DNA of 40,369 nt, from positions 1 through 40,369 of IMG/VR virus record IMGVR_UViG_3300027804_000103; one strand, given 5' to 3'. Origin of the DNA: a virus. Its lineage: Duplodnaviria > Caudoviricetes. The translations under genes were made by a program, and so were the position numbers. The notes under the pieces were generated by a model. It was not told the origin of the DNA and searched no databases. It worked only from the letters and a program-made list of their open reading frames with translations. Shown here in pieces: positions 36,220-40,369 of the stretch (position 1 is the first letter of the stretch; each line of letters opens with the position of its first letter).

Positions 36220-36263
36220 TTCTCCTTTCTGTTTATTGATAATATCACTGTATTGGCAATAAG

Positions 36264-36671
36264 CTAAGATTTGTAGATTATATCCGCGATCTTTTCCCAT
36301 GGCCAAGGCTTGGTAAACACTTGCGGGTTCGGGATAAGAGCCCACTTAATTTTGCAAGCACCGTCCTTCACTGGCTCTAACAAGTCGACAACGGTCAAGA
36401 CTGATTCGGCCTTGAACACGATGATGTCGTCGTCTTTTCGAGCTAGTACAAACACGCGACCCTTCTCCTTGCAGCGTCGACTGAAGAACGCGATCTGGCT
36501 CGACCGAAAGTAGATGTAGTTTCCCTTGACTACCTTCAGTTCGACCCAGGCTTCTGCGCCGTCATGGCAACCATTGACGTCAGGTTGCCCGATGCCTGCT
36601 AAGTTTTCAATCCTGACCAGATGTCCGGGAAGCCTCTCCCGAATCAAAGTCCACAGGGTAGACTCGCGCAT
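36264..36671 (-). CDS. PD-(D/E)XK nuclease, Holliday-junction-resolvase/VRR-NUC-like
   Basis: MRES.LW...RIEN..G.G.PDV...WVELK...Q..F. Confidence 0.8.
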   Translation of the reverse strand: MRESTLWTLIRERLPGHLVRIENLAGIGQPDVNGCHDGAEAWVELKVVKGNYIYFRSSQIAFFSRRCKEKGRVFVLARKDDDIIVFKAESVLTVVDLLEPVKDGACKIKWALIPNPQVFTKPWPWEKIADIIYKS

Positions 36672-36978
36672 ATTCCATGCCCTCAAGTTTAAGACCTGTT
36701 CCCCAAATTTGCAGGTAGATTCCAGACAACTCTGGATTCGCCGCGTCCTTGAAGTTCGGGTAATCAATTTCACTAACCAACTTGGTTAACTGTTTTGCAA
36801 ACGCACTTTTAGACAAGTGAATGCGGTACCGGTAGTCTGCGTCTGGCGTGTACTGCGGTATGCTGCCTTCAAAATTGTCGGTGATGTGGTGCGGTTGACG
36901 CGCACGGACAAGCAACATGTTCTTATCTGCACGGTTTTGCACAACACTTAATAGTCCTGCCTTAGTAAAAATCCACAT
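36607..36978 (-). CDS. Conserved hypothetical protein
   Basis: MWIFT..G..SVV...LVRAR...ADYRYR...IDYPNFK; SD AAGGAG. Confidence 0.75.
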   Translation of the reverse strand: MWIFTKAGLLSVVQNRADKNMLLVRARQPHHITDNFEGSIPQYTPDADYRYRIHLSKSAFAKQLTKLVSEIDYPNFKDAANPELSGIYLQIWGTGLKLEGMEYARVYPVDFDSGEASRTSGQD

Positions 36979-36988
36979 ATATTCTCCT

Positions 36989-38863
36989 TTATTTGCTGTC
37001 GCCCCAAGTCGGTCCCATCTCGAGATCGACCTTGATCGGTACAGCTATTTTAACACAGGACTCCATAATGTCTTTGATTCGTTCACCATGAGCCTGATCT
37101 TTTACGCTAAAGCAGATCTCATCGTGCACTTGAATGTGACCGACTTCGCCTGCCTTGTACAAGTCGACCATCGCTTTCTTAGTCATATCAGCAGCACCAC
37201 CCTGAATCAGGGCATTCAAAGCTTTGTGTGTCATTGACCTACGCAGCGGTCTGCCTTGCCAAACCTTGTCGGCTTGCGTTCGACTCAGTGGGTTCTCTCT
37301 GTTAGGCCAAGTGTTTTGGCTATCAGCAGGTTCCCAAAGATCGAAGTGCCGCTTGCGACCAAGCAAGGTTTTAATGAAACCCTTCTGAGTAGCTGACTGA
37401 GTGCAGCGCTGACTGAGCTGCCTGACGAACGGCACACGATCGTGGTACTGCTCAAACAAAGGTCTGGCTTCATCTTGACTGAGACCAAGTTCTTGACTGA
37501 GCTTGTAAATGCCCATGCCGTAGAACATACCAAGGTTCACGGTCTTGGCTTGCTTACGCTTGATGCCAGCCATGTCAGCAACCATTTGATGGAAGTCAGT
37601 ATCAGCTGATTCACTGTAAGTCTTGACTGCTTCCTCACTGCCTTTTAAACCAAGCAGGTCTGCGTAGTGCACCAAGATCCTGGGTTCTTGCTGACTGTAA
37701 TCGCAGCTAGCCCACTGCATACCTTCGTCAGGCAAGAACAAACCGCGAATCAATGGACCCCAATGTTCGTCGCGTGCAGGAACCTGCTGCAAGTTAGGCA
37801 TGGAGCTACTGAAACGACCAGACCTAGTTCCTGATTCGTCTTTGCGCAGCGCGTGGAACTGGCAATGAATGCGACCTGAGTGTTCCATCTTGAGGATCAT
37901 GCCCTCAATAAAGTCACGACGCATCTTGTTTAGTTTACGATACTCAGCAATCTTCTTTGGCACAGCAAGATCGTGATTAGCAAGCCAGTCGCCAGTGAAA
38001 GATGCATTGCCCTTTGCAGTCTCAGGGTACCAAATGTCTAGCTTCTTAAACGCTCTGCCAAGATCATCGCCTGACCATGGATCGATCACGTAACCGACGA
38101 GGTCTCTTAGTTCGCCCAGTAATCTGGCTTCGTCTTTTAGGCCTTGGTCGTTTAGCTGCTCAGCTTTATCGACGTCGACGCGGACGCCCTTGAACCGCAT
38201 GTCAAGCATGATTGGCACAAGGTCAGACTCAAGTTCAAAGATGTCCCACAAGTCTTCTTGCATCAAGATCTTCTTTTGAAGATCGAAGATACGTATTGGA
38301 AGGGCAGCATCTGCTTCGGCATAGGGACCAACGTACCTGGCCGGCAATCTCCAAAGTCCACCTTTAGGGTCGACGCCAGCAGCATGGGCGGCTTGGCGTA
38401 GAAGTGTTTCATCCTTGTCTTCGCCAAGGTACTTTTTAGCAAGCGCCGAGAGGCTGTAGCTGGACTGGTTCTCGTCAATAAGAGGCTCCGCGATTTGGAT
38501 GTCGCGTATGGGACCATTGACTTGAATGCCTTCTGCACGTAACCATTCAAGGTCGTAGATGAGATTCGCACCTATCTTCTCCGTATCTTTGCCAAGCACA
38601 TCTTCAAGAAAAGAAATAACCGCAGCTTTAGGAAGGTTATCTCCGCCGCCATGCCCAAAAGGAAAATACCAAGACGCGTCTTCAGTCGCAAGACTCACCC
38701 CCACAACTTCCCCGTCGTACCTCACTCCGCCTGGTCCCCTCTCCATGAGATGAGGATCCCTCGTCTCGCAGTCCAAAGAGATCCTGCTGGCGGTCGTTAA
38801 GTTTGGGAACTCTTCCGGCGGGCGCCATGCTGAGTTCGGCATAAACATTGGTAATTGCTCCAT
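36989..38863 (-). CDS. polA: Family A DNA polymerase (3'-5' exonuclease + polymerase; no 5' nuclease)
   Basis: LDCET exo I, SGRFSSSMPNLQQ, DYSQQEPR motif A, RKQAKTVNLGMFYG motif B, VHDE motif C. Confidence 0.95.
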   Translation of the reverse strand: MEQLPMFMPNSAWRPPEEFPNLTTASRISLDCETRDPHLMERGPGGVRYDGEVVGVSLATEDASWYFPFGHGGGDNLPKAAVISFLEDVLGKDTEKIGANLIYDLEWLRAEGIQVNGPIRDIQIAEPLIDENQSSYSLSALAKKYLGEDKDETLLRQAAHAAGVDPKGGLWRLPARYVGPYAEADAALPIRIFDLQKKILMQEDLWDIFELESDLVPIMLDMRFKGVRVDVDKAEQLNDQGLKDEARLLGELRDLVGYVIDPWSGDDLGRAFKKLDIWYPETAKGNASFTGDWLANHDLAVPKKIAEYRKLNKMRRDFIEGMILKMEHSGRIHCQFHALRKDESGTRSGRFSSSMPNLQQVPARDEHWGPLIRGLFLPDEGMQWASCDYSQQEPRILVHYADLLGLKGSEEAVKTYSESADTDFHQMVADMAGIKRKQAKTVNLGMFYGMGIYKLSQELGLSQDEARPLFEQYHDRVPFVRQLSQRCTQSATQKGFIKTLLGRKRHFDLWEPADSQNTWPNRENPLSRTQADKVWQGRPLRRSMTHKALNALIQGGAADMTKKAMVDLYKAGEVGHIQVHDEICFSVKDQAHGERIKDIMESCVKIAVPIKVDLEMGPTWGDSK

Positions 38864-39290
38864 GGTGTATCCATTCTCCCTTCCAAAGGTTTCTAGCAGC
38901 GGCGTGCGGGTATTCCTCTAGGAACACTATGCGCTTGCAGCCCGTATTCATAAACAACTTGATGCACGTGATGCAAGGACTTGCAGTCACGTAAGCTGTC
39001 TCTATTTCTTTCGCGTCCCTACATTGAAGGAGCGCGTTCTGTTCCGCGTGGATCGCCTCACATAGATCGAGGCCCCGTCCAGACGGAAGACCAGCACCAG
39101 GGCAAGCAGTATCAATACAATGGGCAACGCCGCGAGCAACACCGTTATAGCCAGTAGCCAAAACATGCTTGTGCCTATCCACGAGCACGCAACCGACACG
39201 GCGTCTTCGACATGTTGCACGAAGGGAAACGAGCGTAGCCATCGCCAAAAAGTACTCGTCACTACTTGGTCTCCAATATTCCAGTTCCAT
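38682..39290 (-). CDS. dCMP deaminase (zinc-dependent cytidine-deaminase fold)
   Basis: RPS.DEYF, TC.RR.VG, TGYNG, HAEQNAL, SPCITC; SD GGAG before ATG 39290. Confidence 0.9.
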   Translation of the reverse strand: MELEYWRPSSDEYFLAMATLVSLRATCRRRRVGCVLVDRHKHVLATGYNGVARGVAHCIDTACPGAGLPSGRGLDLCEAIHAEQNALLQCRDAKEIETAYVTASPCITCIKLFMNTGCKRIVFLEEYPHAAARNLWKGEWIHHGAITNVYAELSMAPAGRVPKLNDRQQDLFGLRDEGSSSHGEGTRRSEVRRGSCGGESCD

Positions 39291-40017
39291 TTGCCTGCTC
39301 CCACAACCAATCAACTAAATCATCTCCATGCTCAAACCATGGGATGGTCGGTATTGGCCGCTGAGTTGCTTTGCCGCCAACAATTTCTTCTGCTGCTGAC
39401 CATTGAGCTTCATACAAGTGCATGCTGCCTGCTTGTAAAGTCAACAAACCAAGTTCAGGGGCTATCTTCAGATGACAGATCACGTAGCGAGCTAGCATGC
39501 TGAAGTTGAACACATCATATGGCCAACCAAGCCACAAGTCTGAGCTGCGCATGGTGTCAATCACATGCAGCATACCATCACGAATCAAGAACTGAATCGA
39601 GACTGTGCATGGAATGTCCTTACTAGGCCTTGGGTTTGGACGCCAAATGGTCAAGACTGCTTGCCTTGTATCAGGATCACTGTTCAAAGCATCAATCACG
39701 GAATGCAATTGATCGCGAATCATGGGCCCGTAAGCACCGTGGAAAAAATAACCGTCATCACTGAAACTGCTGATGGCCTTGCTATAAGGTGCAATGGTCT
39801 TGACTCTGTTATCGCCACTCAAGATCCAAGCAGCTTCTGCTGCCATGAACCGGTAGCCAAGATCACGTTCCTTGATCGTCAACACAGGCCACTCCATCGA
39901 GATCGATGTTTGATAAGCCATCAACTCCTTGATTGGCTTACCGCGTGGCGCAACAAGACGACCGTACTTAATGCACTGTTCAAGTGCTCTAACCCATTCT
40001 GTATTAGTGGATGGCAT
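39262..40017 (-). CDS. Thymidylate-synthase homologue, probable dCMP (hydroxy)methylase
   Basis: GAYG, DTRQA, DIPCT catalytic Cys, MRSSDLWLGWPYD (Asp at the ThyA Asn177 position), SMHLY. Confidence 0.8.
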   Translation of the reverse strand: MPSTNTEWVRALEQCIKYGRLVAPRGKPIKELMAYQTSISMEWPVLTIKERDLGYRFMAAEAAWILSGDNRVKTIAPYSKAISSFSDDGYFFHGAYGPMIRDQLHSVIDALNSDPDTRQAVLTIWRPNPRPSKDIPCTVSIQFLIRDGMLHVIDTMRSSDLWLGWPYDVFNFSMLARYVICHLKIAPELGLLTLQAGSMHLYEAQWSAAEEIVGGKATQRPIPTIPWFEHGDDLVDWLWEQANGTGILETK

Positions 40018-40369
40018 GACGCAATATCTCCCTCATGTATGATGTGTCGCCTTCAAACCTCTTGACAAAGGCAGGATGCTTCACGTGTTCAAAGACTTCA
40101 ATGCCTTGTTTGCTGAGGTATGACAACGCAACCTTGCCAACTGCAATGAACTTCAATTCAGGTTTTGCTTCAGCGAGAGCTGGCAAAATCTTGTTTGTTG
40201 TACCATCGTGGTTGATGGCGTTACCCCACATCAGCAGCTCTTCACGCACAGGTACCTCATGCAGAGCCTGTGCAAGATACAAGCTTGAATGACCATAGTC
40301 ATACCAAGGCCACTCAAGGTTGTTGTATTTGGGCTTCACTCGCTCGCCGACAAAGACGTACTCTGCTTC
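40004..40369 (-). CDS. C-terminal UDG-fold part of the kinase fusion gene that starts at 752
   Basis: YVFVGERVKP...SSLYLAQAL...WGNA...FIAVGKVA...VKHPAF; contiguous with 1..752 through the terminal repeat. Confidence 0.75.
   Translation of the reverse strand, partial: EAEYVFVGERVKPKYNNLEWPWYDYGHSSLYLAQALHEVPVREELLMWGNAINHDGTTNKILPALAEAKPELKFIAVGKVALSYLSKQGIEVFEHVKHPAFVKRFEGDTSYMREILRHAIH
40254..40369. repeat. Terminal direct repeat, copy 2
   Basis: Matches 1-116 with 3 mismatches. Confidence 0.95.

Noticed and set aside
39262-40017. Calling this gene canonical thyA or a dUMP hydroxymethylase
   Set aside because: The specificity residue is Asp, not Asn, and ThyA-typical motifs (LxPCH, PFN) are absent
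40254-40369. Biological T7-like direct terminal repeat
   Set aside because: Falls mid-gene and has mismatches; better explained as an assembly overlap of a circular or permuted genome
1-40369. tRNA, rRNA, CRISPR array, integrase/att site
   Set aside because: None recognised by eye; intergenic gaps are short and accounted for. tRNAscan and similar tools were not run

Overview
The window is an apparently complete, circularly closed ~40.25 kb tailed-phage (podovirus-like) genome. Bases 1-116 repeat at 40254-40369 with 3 synonymous differences. There are two divergent arms. The plus arm (6433-30168) carries terminase, a GNAT, portal, scaffold, major capsid, T7/BPP-1/epsilon15-style tail tubular proteins, four internal (ejection) proteins, tail fibre proteins including an RCC1-repeat protein, and lysis genes. 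The minus arm runs 5767 -> 1 and continues 40253 -> 30161. It carries small early genes, DUF932, a nucleotide-modification cluster, family A DNA polymerase, resolvase-like nuclease, SSB, AEP primase, and SF1 and SNF2 helicases. I saw no integrase, repressor, RNA polymerase, tRNA, CRISPR or reverse transcriptase. Standout observations: (1) a 1164-aa ejection-type protein carrying a PI3K/HipA-like kinase domain in tandem with an R-S-ExE ADP-ribosyltransferase domain; (2) a candidate cytosine (hyper)modification pathway straddling the window ends: a thymidylate-synthase homologue with the dCMP-type Asp, a dNMP-kinase/UDG-fold fusion only partly present in the ORF track, a MazG-like pyrophosphatase, a dCMP deaminase and a UbiG-like methyltransferase; (3) a bipartite ~72-bp element present as two inverted copies 1.8 kb apart around the probable genome-end region; (4) a twin bulged-hairpin RNA leader before the capsid gene. 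All protein calls come from motif recognition and synteny by eye; no searches were run.
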